Shown here: piece by piece, positions 16,142 through 25,128 of the stretch | Position numbering within the stretch: the stretch's first letter is position 1 | Layout: every line of letters begins with the position of its first letter | The notes under the pieces: model-generated | Seen by the model: only the letters and a program-made list of their open reading frames with translations | What the model was told of the DNA's origin: nothing | The model's database searches: none | Translations under genes and position numbers: made by a program | Virus record (IMG/VR): IMGVR_UViG_2875703104_000005 | Length of the DNA stretch: 42,114 nt | Origin: a virus | Lineage: Duplodnaviria > Heunggongvirae > Uroviricota > Caudoviricetes | Direction: 5' to 3' (one strand)

Positions 16142-17821
16142 ATGGCGGAAACAACTAAAGAGCGATTGAACAAACAGTTCGCACAACTTGAAAGCGAGCG
16201 TCAGTCGTTCGAGCCGCACTGGCGCGAGTTGAGTGATTACATCAACCCGCGTGGTTCCCGCTTTCTGACTTCTGAGGTTAACCGTAACGATCGACGCAAT
16301 ACACGCATTATTGATTCGACCGGGACTATGGCGGCGCGCACTCTCGCCAGCGGCATGATGTCAGGCATCACAAGCCCCGCGCGTCCGTGGTTTCGCCTGG
16401 CTACGCCAGATCCTGAAATGATGGATTATGGCCCTGTTAAGTTGTGGCTTGAGGCGGTGCAGAACCGCATGAACGATATGTTCAATAAGTCGAATCTCTA
16501 TCAGTCGCTGCCGCAGTTATACGGAAGCCTCGGCACATACAGCACTGGTGCAATGGCAGTGCTGGAGGATGACGAGGACATCATTCGCACAATGCCATTC
16601 CCGATAGGCAGTTACTACCTGGCTAACTCACCTCGTGGCAGTGTGGACACCTGTTTTCGCAAGTTCTCTATGACTGTTCGTCAGCTTGTTCAGGAGTTCG
16701 GGCTAAATAACGTCAGCGAATCCGTAAAAAGCATGTGGGAAAGCGGAACCTACGAGAAGTGGATTGAAGTGATGCATTCGGTTTACCCGAACATTGACCG
16801 CGATACATCGAAGCTGGATAGCAAGAACAAGCCATTCAAATCGGTTTATTACGAGGTTGGTGGCGATAACGACAAGTTGTTGCGTGAGTCCGGATTCGAT
16901 GAGTTTCCAATTATGGCTCCGCGCTGGGAAGTTAACGGCGAAGATGTTTATGGATCATCATGCCCGGGTATGCTGGCGCTTGGACCTGTTAAGGCATTGC
17001 AGCTTCTCCAGAAGCGCAAGTCGCAGTTGATTGATAAAGCCACCAATCCGCCGATGGTTGCTCCGACTTCCCTCAAGAATCAGCGTGCCTCCCTTCTTCC
17101 TGGCGACATCACGTATATCGATCAGATTACTGGTCAGGATGGTTTCAGGCCTGCTTATCTGGTTAACCCCAGTACAGCAGATTTGGTGGCAGACATTCAG
17201 GACACCCGTCAAATCATTAACAGCGCCTACTTTGTCGATCTGTTCATGATGTTGCAGAACATCAATACCCGCTCGATGCCTGTTGAAGCGGTGATCGAAA
17301 TGAAAGAAGAAAAACTTCTGATGTTGGGGCCGGTTCTGGAGCGTCTGAACGACGAATGTCTTAATCCTCTCATTGACCGCGCTTTCTCGATGATGGTGCG
17401 TAAAAACATGCTGCCGCCACCGCCTGACGCGATGGAAGGTATGCCCCTGAAGGTCGAATACATTTCCGTCATGGCTCAGGCGCAGAAGTCTATCGGCCTG
17501 TCCAGTCTGGCGTCTACGGTCAACTTCATTGGTCAACTTGCGCAAGCGAAACCAGAAGCTCTCGACAAACTCAACGTTGATCAGGCGATCGATGCATTCG
17601 CTGATATGTCCGGAGTGTCTCCAACCGTCATTGTTCCGCAGGAACAGGTTGAGCAGGCTCGCCAGCAACGGGCACAGCAACAACAGCAGCAACAAATGAT
17701 GGCGATGGGGATGGCGGCGGCACAGGGTGCCAAGACGCTAAGCGAAGCTAAAACTTCGGATCCGAGTGTTTTGTCAGCTATGGCGAATGCAGTTAGTGGT
17801 CAGGGTGGGCAATCACAATGA
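16142..17821 (+). CDS. Portal (head-to-tail connector) protein
   Basis: 559 aa; Gln/Ala/Met-rich C-terminus (QQQQQQMMAMGMAAAQGA) resembles podovirus gp8-type portals; sits between terminase and scaffold/capsid. Confidence 0.75.
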   Translation: MAETTKERLNKQFAQLESERQSFEPHWRELSDYINPRGSRFLTSEVNRNDRRNTRIIDSTGTMAARTLASGMMSGITSPARPWFRLATPDPEMMDYGPVKLWLEAVQNRMNDMFNKSNLYQSLPQLYGSLGTYSTGAMAVLEDDEDIIRTMPFPIGSYYLANSPRGSVDTCFRKFSMTVRQLVQEFGLNNVSESVKSMWESGTYEKWIEVMHSVYPNIDRDTSKLDSKNKPFKSVYYEVGGDNDKLLRESGFDEFPIMAPRWEVNGEDVYGSSCPGMLALGPVKALQLLQKRKSQLIDKATNPPMVAPTSLKNQRASLLPGDITYIDQITGQDGFRPAYLVNPSTADLVADIQDTRQIINSAYFVDLFMMLQNINTRSMPVEAVIEMKEEKLLMLGPVLERLNDECLNPLIDRAFSMMVRKNMLPPPPDAMEGMPLKVEYISVMAQAQKSIGLSSLASTVNFIGQLAQAKPEALDKLNVDQAIDAFADMSGVSPTVIVPQEQVEQARQQRAQQQQQQQMMAMGMAAAQGAKTLSEAKTSDPSVLSAMANAVSGQGGQSQ

Positions 17822-18114
17822 CAGATTACGAAGACGATCAACTGAAAGAAGAAAACGCCCGTAAGCAACGTGACATGGCACAGCGTGAAATTGATGACAT
17901 TTGCTTTGTCATGAGCAGTGAACAGGGGCGTCGCGTTGTCTGGTCGGTGCTGGAGAAAGGCCGTGTGTTTTCCGCTATCTCACCGATGGACGCTATGGCT
18001 ATGGCATTTAATGAGGGGCAACGCAATCTGGCGCTGGAACTGTTTCAGCGCGTTATGGCGCATTGCCCTGAACAGTATTTGAAGATGGCCAAAGAGGCCA
18101 GTGAACAGGAGTGA
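17818..18114 (+). CDS. Hypothetical head-assembly protein
   Basis: 98 aa between portal and scaffold genes, translationally coupled. Confidence 0.45.
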   Translation: MTDYEDDQLKEENARKQRDMAQREIDDICFVMSSEQGRRVVWSVLEKGRVFSAISPMDAMAMAFNEGQRNLALELFQRVMAHCPEQYLKMAKEASEQE

Positions 18115-18812
18115 TCATGAATTTATTTGAGCGTTTGCTGTATCGCCGTCTTTGCAATGAGCAACCAGTCGATGGTGGAGCAGCTCCGGCTGCGTCAGAA
18201 CCGTCAGCGCCTGCAGGTGATAACCCTGCTCCAGTTGGTGATCCATCACAACCGGAAGGTGATAAGCCACAACCTGTTGCTGATGGCGATAAACCTGCTG
18301 ATGACAAAAAGCCTGAAAACGATAAGCAGGATGAAAAAAAGGACGGCGATAAAACAGAGGGTGCGCCTGAGAAGTACGAGTTTCAGGCTGCCGAAGGCGT
18401 AGAGCTGGATACAGAAGCGTTGAAGGAATTCGAGCCGGTGGCGCGAGAACTAAACCTGACCAACGAGCAAGCGCAAAAGCTGGTTGATGCTTATCCGAAG
18501 ATTCTGGCAGGTGTTCAGCAGCGCCAGGCAGAAGCCTGGCAGAAAACAACCGAGCAGTGGGCTGCTGATGTAAAAGCTGACAAAGAAATCGGTGGCGACA
18601 AGTTGATTTCTAACCTTAGCGCCGCACAGCGTGCGCTTGACCAGTTCGGGACACCTGAACTCAAAGAATATCTGAACACCACCGGGCTGGGTAATCACCC
18701 TGATCTGGTCAAAACGTTCGTGAAAATCGGAAAGGCGATGTCTGAAGATGGCATGGTCACCGGTGGTAATGAAGGCCAGCGTAGTGCGGCCGAAGTGCTC
18801 TATGGCAAATAA
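18111..18812 (+). CDS. Scaffolding protein
   Basis: 233 aa, acidic, Pro/Asp/Lys-rich, immediately upstream of the capsid gene. Confidence 0.55.
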   Translation: MIMNLFERLLYRRLCNEQPVDGGAAPAASEPSAPAGDNPAPVGDPSQPEGDKPQPVADGDKPADDKKPENDKQDEKKDGDKTEGAPEKYEFQAAEGVELDTEALKEFEPVARELNLTNEQAQKLVDAYPKILAGVQQRQAEAWQKTTEQWAADVKADKEIGGDKLISNLSAAQRALDQFGTPELKEYLNTTGLGNHPDLVKTFVKIGKAMSEDGMVTGGNEGQRSAAEVLYGK

Positions 18813-18826
18813 GAGAGGAAATGACA

Positions 18827-19813
18827 ATGGCTGTTAAAGGCTTAACTGCGCTAACGCTGGCTGACTGGGGTAAGCGCGTCGATCCAAACGGGAAAGTCGA
18901 TAAGATTATCGAGCTTCTCGGTCAAACTAACCCGATCCTTCAGGATATGCCTTTTGTCGAAGGGAACCTTCCTACCGGACACCGAACCACCATTCGTTCT
19001 GGTTTACCTTCAGCTACCTGGCGTTTGCTGAACTATGGCGTACAGCCAAGCAAATCAACCACAGTACAGGTAACCGATTCCGTTGGCATGCTGGAAACCT
19101 ATGCGGAAGTCGATAAGTCACTGGCTGATCTGAACGGCAATACCGCCGAATTCCGCCTGTCTGAAGACCGCGCATTTATTGAAGCGATGAATCAGCAGAT
19201 GGCGCAGACGCTGTTTTATGGTGATTCCAGCGTTAACCCTCAGCAGTTTATGGGACTGTCCTCCCGCTATTCCAGCCTGTCTGCGGGTAATGCTCAGAAC
19301 ATCATTGATGCTGGTGGCACGGGTACAGATAACACCTCAATCTGGTTAGTGGTGTGGGGCGAAAACACCGTGCATGGCATCTTCCCGAAAGGGCAGAAGG
19401 CTGGCATCCAGATGGAAGATAAAGGCCAGGTGACACTGGAAGATGCTAATGGCGGCAAGTACGAAGGCTATCGCACCCATTACAAATGGGATAACGGACT
19501 TGCTCTGCGTGACTGGCGTTATGTTGTTCGCATTGCAAACATCGATGTCAGCAATCTTTCAGAACCTTCCTCTGCCGCAAATATTGCGAAGTTGATGGTT
19601 AAAGCACTGCATCGCATTCCAAATCGTGGCATGGGTCGCCCGGTGTTCTACATGAACCGCACTGTAGGCCAGGCTCTTGATCTGCAATCTCTGGAGAAAA
19701 CATCTCTGGCGATCAGCGTAAAAGAGACAGAAGGCGAGTGGTGGACTTCATTCCGTGGTGTACCAATCCGTGAAACTGATGCGCTTCTGGAAACAGAAGC
19801 CCGCGTGGTGTAA
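18827..19813 (+). CDS. Major capsid protein
   Basis: 329 aa after the scaffold gene; strong AGAGAGGA RBS; size and position fit a major capsid protein. Confidence 0.65.
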   Translation: MAVKGLTALTLADWGKRVDPNGKVDKIIELLGQTNPILQDMPFVEGNLPTGHRTTIRSGLPSATWRLLNYGVQPSKSTTVQVTDSVGMLETYAEVDKSLADLNGNTAEFRLSEDRAFIEAMNQQMAQTLFYGDSSVNPQQFMGLSSRYSSLSAGNAQNIIDAGGTGTDNTSIWLVVWGENTVHGIFPKGQKAGIQMEDKGQVTLEDANGGKYEGYRTHYKWDNGLALRDWRYVVRIANIDVSNLSEPSSAANIAKLMVKALHRIPNRGMGRPVFYMNRTVGQALDLQSLEKTSLAISVKETEGEWWTSFRGVPIRETDALLETEARVV

Positions 19814-19864
19814 CGCCTGTTATTAACCTGTGGGTCGTAACAGACCCACTAATGGAGAAAGAAG

Positions 19865-20302
19865 ATGATCACCGACAAACTGTTGATGTTCTCCGAAGCA
19901 CAGGCGGTAACTGATACCGCGGCTTCTACTGACGTAATCGATCTCGGTCCAATTGACGGAAAACGTCGTGATATCGGCGTGGGTTACCCGCTTGAGTTTT
20001 GGGCGCTGGTTAACACAGCCGCCGCAGCAAGCGGTGATGCAACTGTAAACATCCAGTTGCAGACGAGTGAGGATAACAGCTCATGGTCCACTATTTATGA
20101 TAGTGGCGCACTGGCAAAGGCCACCCTGACAGCAGGTAAGCGAGTTGTTTCTGCAAAGGTGCCAGCCGGTGTTCAGCGATATCTGCGTGTTAACTACTCC
20201 GTCGCAACTGGCCCACTAACGGCTGGCAAATTCACTGCGGGTATCAATCTTGATGTTGATGCCAATACGCCGTATCCGATCCGCTCAAAAGTAACTGGTT
20301 AA
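19865..20302 (+). CDS. Putative capsid decoration / structural protein
   Basis: 145 aa, Ala/Thr/Gly-rich beta-type composition, just downstream of the capsid gene. Confidence 0.4.
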   Translation: MITDKLLMFSEAQAVTDTAASTDVIDLGPIDGKRRDIGVGYPLEFWALVNTAAAASGDATVNIQLQTSEDNSSWSTIYDSGALAKATLTAGKRVVSAKVPAGVQRYLRVNYSVATGPLTAGKFTAGINLDVDANTPYPIRSKVTG

Positions 20303-20312
20303 GGTGATATTG

Positions 20313-20648
20313 ATGTCAGGTGAGAAACCAAGATACCGCGTTCTGCGCCTCTCTCATATCCATAACACTCTGTGGCCGGAGGGGGCAGAAATCGAATACG
20401 AAGGTGAGCCTGGTAGCGCACTGGAACCTGTTAACGATGCAGCCAGACAGGCAAAAGCAAAAGTTGCAGGAAAAGAGTCAATGGCAGCAACCAGCACCAA
20501 AATCATCAACGATGTGTCAGATGATGGTGAACTGGATAAGCTCCGTGAAGAGTACGAATTGCTCTTTAACGAGAAGCCACACCATAACGCCAAAGCCGAA
20601 ACGCTCCGCGAGAAGATCGCAGATAAGCGTAAAGAACTGGGCGTGTAA
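20313..20648 (+). CDS. Hypothetical structural-module protein
   Basis: Start set at ATG 20313 with AAGGTGA RBS; followed by an intrinsic terminator. Confidence 0.45.
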   Translation: MSGEKPRYRVLRLSHIHNTLWPEGAEIEYEGEPGSALEPVNDAARQAKAKVAGKESMAATSTKIINDVSDDGELDKLREEYELLFNEKPHHNAKAETLREKIADKRKELGV

Positions 20649-20666
20649 GCCTCGCGGATCAGACAA

Positions 20667-20687
20667 GGGGCTTCGGCCCCTTTATTG
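20667..20687 (+). terminator. Intrinsic terminator / attenuator after the capsid gene block
   Basis: Stem GGGGC/GCCCC with TTCG tetraloop, then TTTATTG. Confidence 0.55.
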
Positions 20688-20698
20688 CAGGAGTGTAT

Positions 20699-21022
20699 AT
20701 GGAACTCGTAAACCTCAAAACCGGCACTGACAGCTACCAGGATGAGAGCGGAGAAACCAGAACTCGCGATGAATACCCGTGGGGGCTGTGCATCACTCTT
20801 AATAACGACACATTGAATAAGCTGAAGGCGCAACCTCAGGGCGTCGGAACAGAAGTGATGATAACTGCAAAGGCTGTTATTCGAGGCCTGTCTGCCAGAG
20901 AAACTGACGATGGTGTTAATCGCAGCGCCGATCTGCAGATCACTGATATGGCGATCGCTCCTGTTTCCGGGGATGTAGAAAAATCAGCGGCTGAAACCCT
21001 GTACGGCAATGGGGGTGAGTAA
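20699..21022 (+). CDS. Hypothetical virion protein
   Basis: Start ATG 20699 with GGAG RBS directly after the terminator. Confidence 0.45.
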   Translation: MELVNLKTGTDSYQDESGETRTRDEYPWGLCITLNNDTLNKLKAQPQGVGTEVMITAKAVIRGLSARETDDGVNRSADLQITDMAIAPVSGDVEKSAAETLYGNGGE

Positions 21023-21627
21023 TGGCCTCTGTAGTAGAGATCTGCAATCGTGCGCTGTCCAATATTGGCAATAGCCGCAGCATTAACAGCCTGACGGAAG
21101 CCAGCAAGGAAGCGGGGGAATGTTCGCTGCACTTTGAGGCCTGCCGTGATGCTGTGCTTTCTGATTTTGACTGGAACTTTGCTACCAAACGCGTGGCGCT
21201 GGCAGATACGAGCAATCCACCGCCTGACTGGGAATATGCGTATCAGTACCCGTCCGATTGTCTGCGCATTACTGAAATTATGCTTCCTGGTGTACGCAAT
21301 CCAACAGCAGCAATGCGCGTTCAGTACGAAGTAGGTGTAGACACCAACGGAACAGGAAAGTTGATCTACACAGACCAGCCTCAGGCATGGCTCAAGTATG
21401 TCTCTCGCGTTACAGATGTGAACATGTTTGATGCCATTTTTATGGAGGCGTTGGCCTGGCGTCTTGCGGCAGCTATTAACATGGCGCTGACTGGGAATGC
21501 AGACCTCGGTACGTTTGCCCTCAATATGTACAATCGCGTGATTCTTAGTGCTGGCTCGCATAGCCAGAATGAATCACAGGAACCACAGCCACCGGTTGAC
21601 GAGTTTACCATTGCGAGGTTGTCCTGA
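21022..21627 (+). CDS. Tail protein, adaptor / tubular-A-like by synteny
   Basis: 201 aa, coupled to the 823-aa tail protein; size and order parallel podovirus gp11; no motif-level confirmation. Confidence 0.4.
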   Translation: MASVVEICNRALSNIGNSRSINSLTEASKEAGECSLHFEACRDAVLSDFDWNFATKRVALADTSNPPPDWEYAYQYPSDCLRITEIMLPGVRNPTAAMRVQYEVGVDTNGTGKLIYTDQPQAWLKYVSRVTDVNMFDAIFMEALAWRLAAAINMALTGNADLGTFALNMYNRVILSAGSHSQNESQEPQPPVDEFTIARLS

Positions 21628-24098
21628 TGGCTATCAGTTGGATACAGCCCAGCTTTGCCGGTGGTGAGATTGGACCGTCGTTGTACGGTCGTATCGACAT
21701 GGCGAAGTACCAGGTGGCATTGCGCAAGTGCGATAACTTTATCGTGCGGCAGTATGGCGGCGTTGAGAATCGACCTGGTACGCGTTTTGTCGGTGCCGCC
21801 AAATACCCAAATCGGAAATGCCGCCTGATCCCGTTCCAGTTCTCGACGGTTCAGACCTATGCTCTGGAGTTCGGACACCAGTACATGCGCGTTATCAAAG
21901 ATGGTGCGTTGGTGCTGAACAGCAGCAATGTTATTTATGAAATTTCCACGCCATATACTGAAGCCGATCTGTTCCGAATTAAATTCACGCAAAGCGCAGA
22001 CGTGCTTACGCTGGTTCATCCGGCATACCCGCCGAAAGAGTTGCGCCGCTATGCGCATGACAACTGGCAACTGGTTGATGTGGTAACGAAGAACGGGCCA
22101 TTTGAAGATATCAATATTGACGAGTCAGTGACGGTTTATGCCAGCGCCAGCACCGGGACAATTACGTTAACGGCAAGCGCCTCTATTTTTGGCGCGGAGC
22201 AGGTAGGCAAATTGTTCTATCTGGAACAGCCTGCAGTGGATTCTGTGCCGGTATGGGAAACCAGTAAGAGTACGTCGATTGGCGATATTCGCCGTGCAGA
22301 CAGTAACTACTATCGCGCCGTTACAGCAGGCAAAACAGGTACTTTGCGCCCTTCGCATACAGAAGGCACATCATGGGATGGCTGGGGCGGATCCGGTGAT
22401 GATGATACTGGCATTGAGTGGGAGTATCTGCACAGTGGTTTTGGCATTGCCCGTATCACTGCTGCAAATGGCACTACTGCAACTGCTGAGGTGATTTCCT
22501 ATATCCCTTCGCAGGTCGTTGGCGAGGATAATGCCAGCTATAAATGGGCTAAATATGCCTGGAACAGTGTTAATGGTTATCCTGGCACTGTTGTTTATTA
22601 TCAACAACGTCTTTACTTCGCCGCATCGACTGCGTTTCCTCAGACTATCTGGGCCAGCCGTACCGGGGATTATAAGGATTTTGGCAAAAGCAATCCTACG
22701 CAGGATGACGACAGAATTATCTACACCTATGCCGGACGTCAGGTTAATGAGATCCGCCACCTGATTGATGTTGGTTCTCTGGTGGCGCTGACTTCCGGAG
22801 GTGAGTACGTCATCACCGGCGACCAGAACAAAGTGTTAACCCCATCATCATTTGCATTCAGCTCTCAGGGATCAAATGGCTCAAGCAACGTCCCGCCAAT
22901 TGCCGTGGCGAATATTGCTCTGTTCGTCCAGGAGAAAGGCAGCGTTGTCCGTGATCTGGCCTACTCATTCGATGTTGACGGCTATCAGGGGAACGACCTG
23001 ACCATCCTTGCCAATCATCTTTTTCAGAAGCACAGCATTGTTGACTGGTGCTTCTCGATTGTCCCTTACTCCAGTGCCTTCTGCATTCGTGATGACGGTA
23101 AATTACTGGTGATGACCTATTTGCGTGATCAGCAGGTTTTTGCATGGGCACCACAATCCAGTACCGGAAAATATGAAAGCACATGCAGTATCAGCGAAGG
23201 CAATGAAGATGCGGTGTATTTCGTCGTTAACCGAACCGTTAACGGGCAAACAGTGAGATACATCGAGCGACTGTCCAGCCGTTTATTTACCAGCGATGAA
23301 GATGCTTTCTTTGTTGATTCTGGCCTTAGCTATGATGGAAGAAATACGTCTGACAGAACGATGACCATCACTGGTGGTTCTGGTGAATGGGATTACCATG
23401 CGGAATATACAATCAGTGTTTCTGGTGGTGCGTACTTCACCAGTAGTGATGTCGGCGCGCAACTACAGTTCCCTTATACCGGAACTGATCCTGATACTGG
23501 CGATGAAGTGTCAAAAGAATTACGTTGCGACATTATTTCTGTAACCAGCAATACCGCTGTAGTGGTTCGTGCTAACAGGAACGTCCCGCCATCCCTCAGG
23601 AATGTGGCCACCACGAACTGGCAGATGGCGCGCCGGACATTTGGCGGCTTGTCTCATCTTGAAGGCCAGACCGTAAACATCCTCTCTGATGCGAACGTGG
23701 AACCACAGAAAGTGGTTTCCGGAGGTGCCGTCACGCTGGAATCTCCGGGGGCTGTAGTGCACATCGGCCTGCCAATAACTGCTGAATTCGAAACACTGGA
23801 TATCAACATTAACGGACAGGAAACGCTGCTGGACAAAAAACAGGTGATCCCGTCCGTTACTCTGGTTGTGAATGCCAGTCGCGGCATCTGGGCGACTACG
23901 CCCGGCGGTAAATGGTACGAATATCCACAGCGTGAATTCGAGTTCTACGATGATCCTGTTGATGATGCTACCGGAAAAGTAGAAGTGAAACTGGACAGTA
24001 ACTGGGGCAAAAACGGACGTGTAAAAATCCGTCAGCTTGATCCGTTGCCGCTGTCTGTTCTTGCCGTTATTCCTCGCCTTACTGTTGGGGGATTCTGA
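21627..24098 (+). CDS. Large tail protein, nozzle / tubular-B-like by synteny
   Basis: 823 aa, coupled to the upstream adaptor-like gene. Confidence 0.45.
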   Translation: MAISWIQPSFAGGEIGPSLYGRIDMAKYQVALRKCDNFIVRQYGGVENRPGTRFVGAAKYPNRKCRLIPFQFSTVQTYALEFGHQYMRVIKDGALVLNSSNVIYEISTPYTEADLFRIKFTQSADVLTLVHPAYPPKELRRYAHDNWQLVDVVTKNGPFEDINIDESVTVYASASTGTITLTASASIFGAEQVGKLFYLEQPAVDSVPVWETSKSTSIGDIRRADSNYYRAVTAGKTGTLRPSHTEGTSWDGWGGSGDDDTGIEWEYLHSGFGIARITAANGTTATAEVISYIPSQVVGEDNASYKWAKYAWNSVNGYPGTVVYYQQRLYFAASTAFPQTIWASRTGDYKDFGKSNPTQDDDRIIYTYAGRQVNEIRHLIDVGSLVALTSGGEYVITGDQNKVLTPSSFAFSSQGSNGSSNVPPIAVANIALFVQEKGSVVRDLAYSFDVDGYQGNDLTILANHLFQKHSIVDWCFSIVPYSSAFCIRDDGKLLVMTYLRDQQVFAWAPQSSTGKYESTCSISEGNEDAVYFVVNRTVNGQTVRYIERLSSRLFTSDEDAFFVDSGLSYDGRNTSDRTMTITGGSGEWDYHAEYTISVSGGAYFTSSDVGAQLQFPYTGTDPDTGDEVSKELRCDIISVTSNTAVVVRANRNVPPSLRNVATTNWQMARRTFGGLSHLEGQTVNILSDANVEPQKVVSGGAVTLESPGAVVHIGLPITAEFETLDININGQETLLDKKQVIPSVTLVVNASRGIWATTPGGKWYEYPQREFEFYDDPVDDATGKVEVKLDSNWGKNGRVKIRQLDPLPLSVLAVIPRLTVGGF

Positions 24099-24562
24099 TG
24101 ATCGATGTTCAAATTATTCCCGCAACCGAAGAGCATCTTCAGATGATTTTGCCGGATGTTCGTCAGGCTGATATTGACGAACTGTATGCGGTATCACTGA
24201 TGACTACCGAAGATGCGCTGCGTGTTGGTCTGCGTACTGCGACTATGGCCTGGTCAGGATTTGCGAACGGAGAACTGGTAACCATGTTTGGCGTATCTCC
24301 GGCGTCAATGATCGGTGGCAATGGTACGCCCTGGCTGGTCGGAACCAGCCGCATCGAAAAATATCAGAAGACATTTCTTCGCCACTGCCGCCCTGTATTG
24401 CAGCAGATGCTGGCAGTTTATCCGCGCCTGGAAAACTATGTCGACGAGCGAAACCATGTTGCCAAAGCATGGCTGCACTGGCTTGGATTCAGGCTTGAAG
24501 AAGCCGCGCCTTATGGTGCTCTTGGTCTTAATTTCCACAGATTTCACATGGAGAGAAAATAA
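24098..24562 (+). CDS. Hypothetical virion protein
   Basis: 154 aa, coupled (ATGA overlap) within the tail/core gene string. Confidence 0.4.
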   Translation: MIDVQIIPATEEHLQMILPDVRQADIDELYAVSLMTTEDALRVGLRTATMAWSGFANGELVTMFGVSPASMIGGNGTPWLVGTSRIEKYQKTFLRHCRPVLQQMLAVYPRLENYVDERNHVAKAWLHWLGFRLEEAAPYGALGLNFHRFHMERK

Positions 24563-25128
24563 TGTGTAACCCAGCCATCGCTTTGGTTGCCGTCACAGTG
24601 GCATCCACAGCCGCGTCAATGTACAGCCAGAGCAAGCAGGCAAAATACCAGTCAGCCATAGCTGATCGGAATGCTGAAATTGCTGAAGCTCAGGCACAGG
24701 ATTCAATCAATCGTGGGAATATTGAAGCGGATCAGCGTCGTCGTGAAATGCGTCAACGCTCAGGCACTGCGGCGGCCACTATGGGGGCTACCGGTGCGGA
24801 ATTAAGTAGCGGAACAGCTCTTGACGTTTTTGCGGATAATGCTCAGTTCGGCACTCTTGATGCGTTAACGACAGTGAATAATGCTCAGCGTGAGGCATAT
24901 GGGTATCAGGTTCAGGGAATGAATGCTCAGGCACAGGGGGCTGCTGCTCAGTCGGCTGCTAAATCATCGATGACCAGCACTTTGTTAACGGCACCACTAA
25001 AAGCATACGGTGCATATAAGTTGGGTAGCGGAAGTATCAATCCGATTAGTAAGCAAGGAAACACGCCAATGTTATCTAACTCAGGTTTTATGAATTCTGA
25101 CTCCCGATTCAAAATAGGAGGTTACTGA
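24562..25128 (+). CDS. Internal virion protein
   Basis: 188 aa, N-terminal hydrophobic segment, Ala/Gln-rich; upstream of two very large core genes. Confidence 0.4.
   Translation: MCNPAIALVAVTVASTAASMYSQSKQAKYQSAIADRNAEIAEAQAQDSINRGNIEADQRRREMRQRSGTAAATMGATGAELSSGTALDVFADNAQFGTLDALTTVNNAQREAYGYQVQGMNAQAQGAAAQSAAKSSMTSTLLTAPLKAYGAYKLGSGSINPISKQGNTPMLSNSGFMNSDSRFKIGGY

Noticed and set aside
16958-17695. 245-aa minus-strand ORF inside the portal gene, and similar long antisense ORFs (for example 21381-22070, 20836-21561, 11289-11915)
   Set aside because: They are antisense to well-supported structural genes, lack RBS and show low-complexity translations; typical of spurious ORFs in GC-moderate coding DNA.
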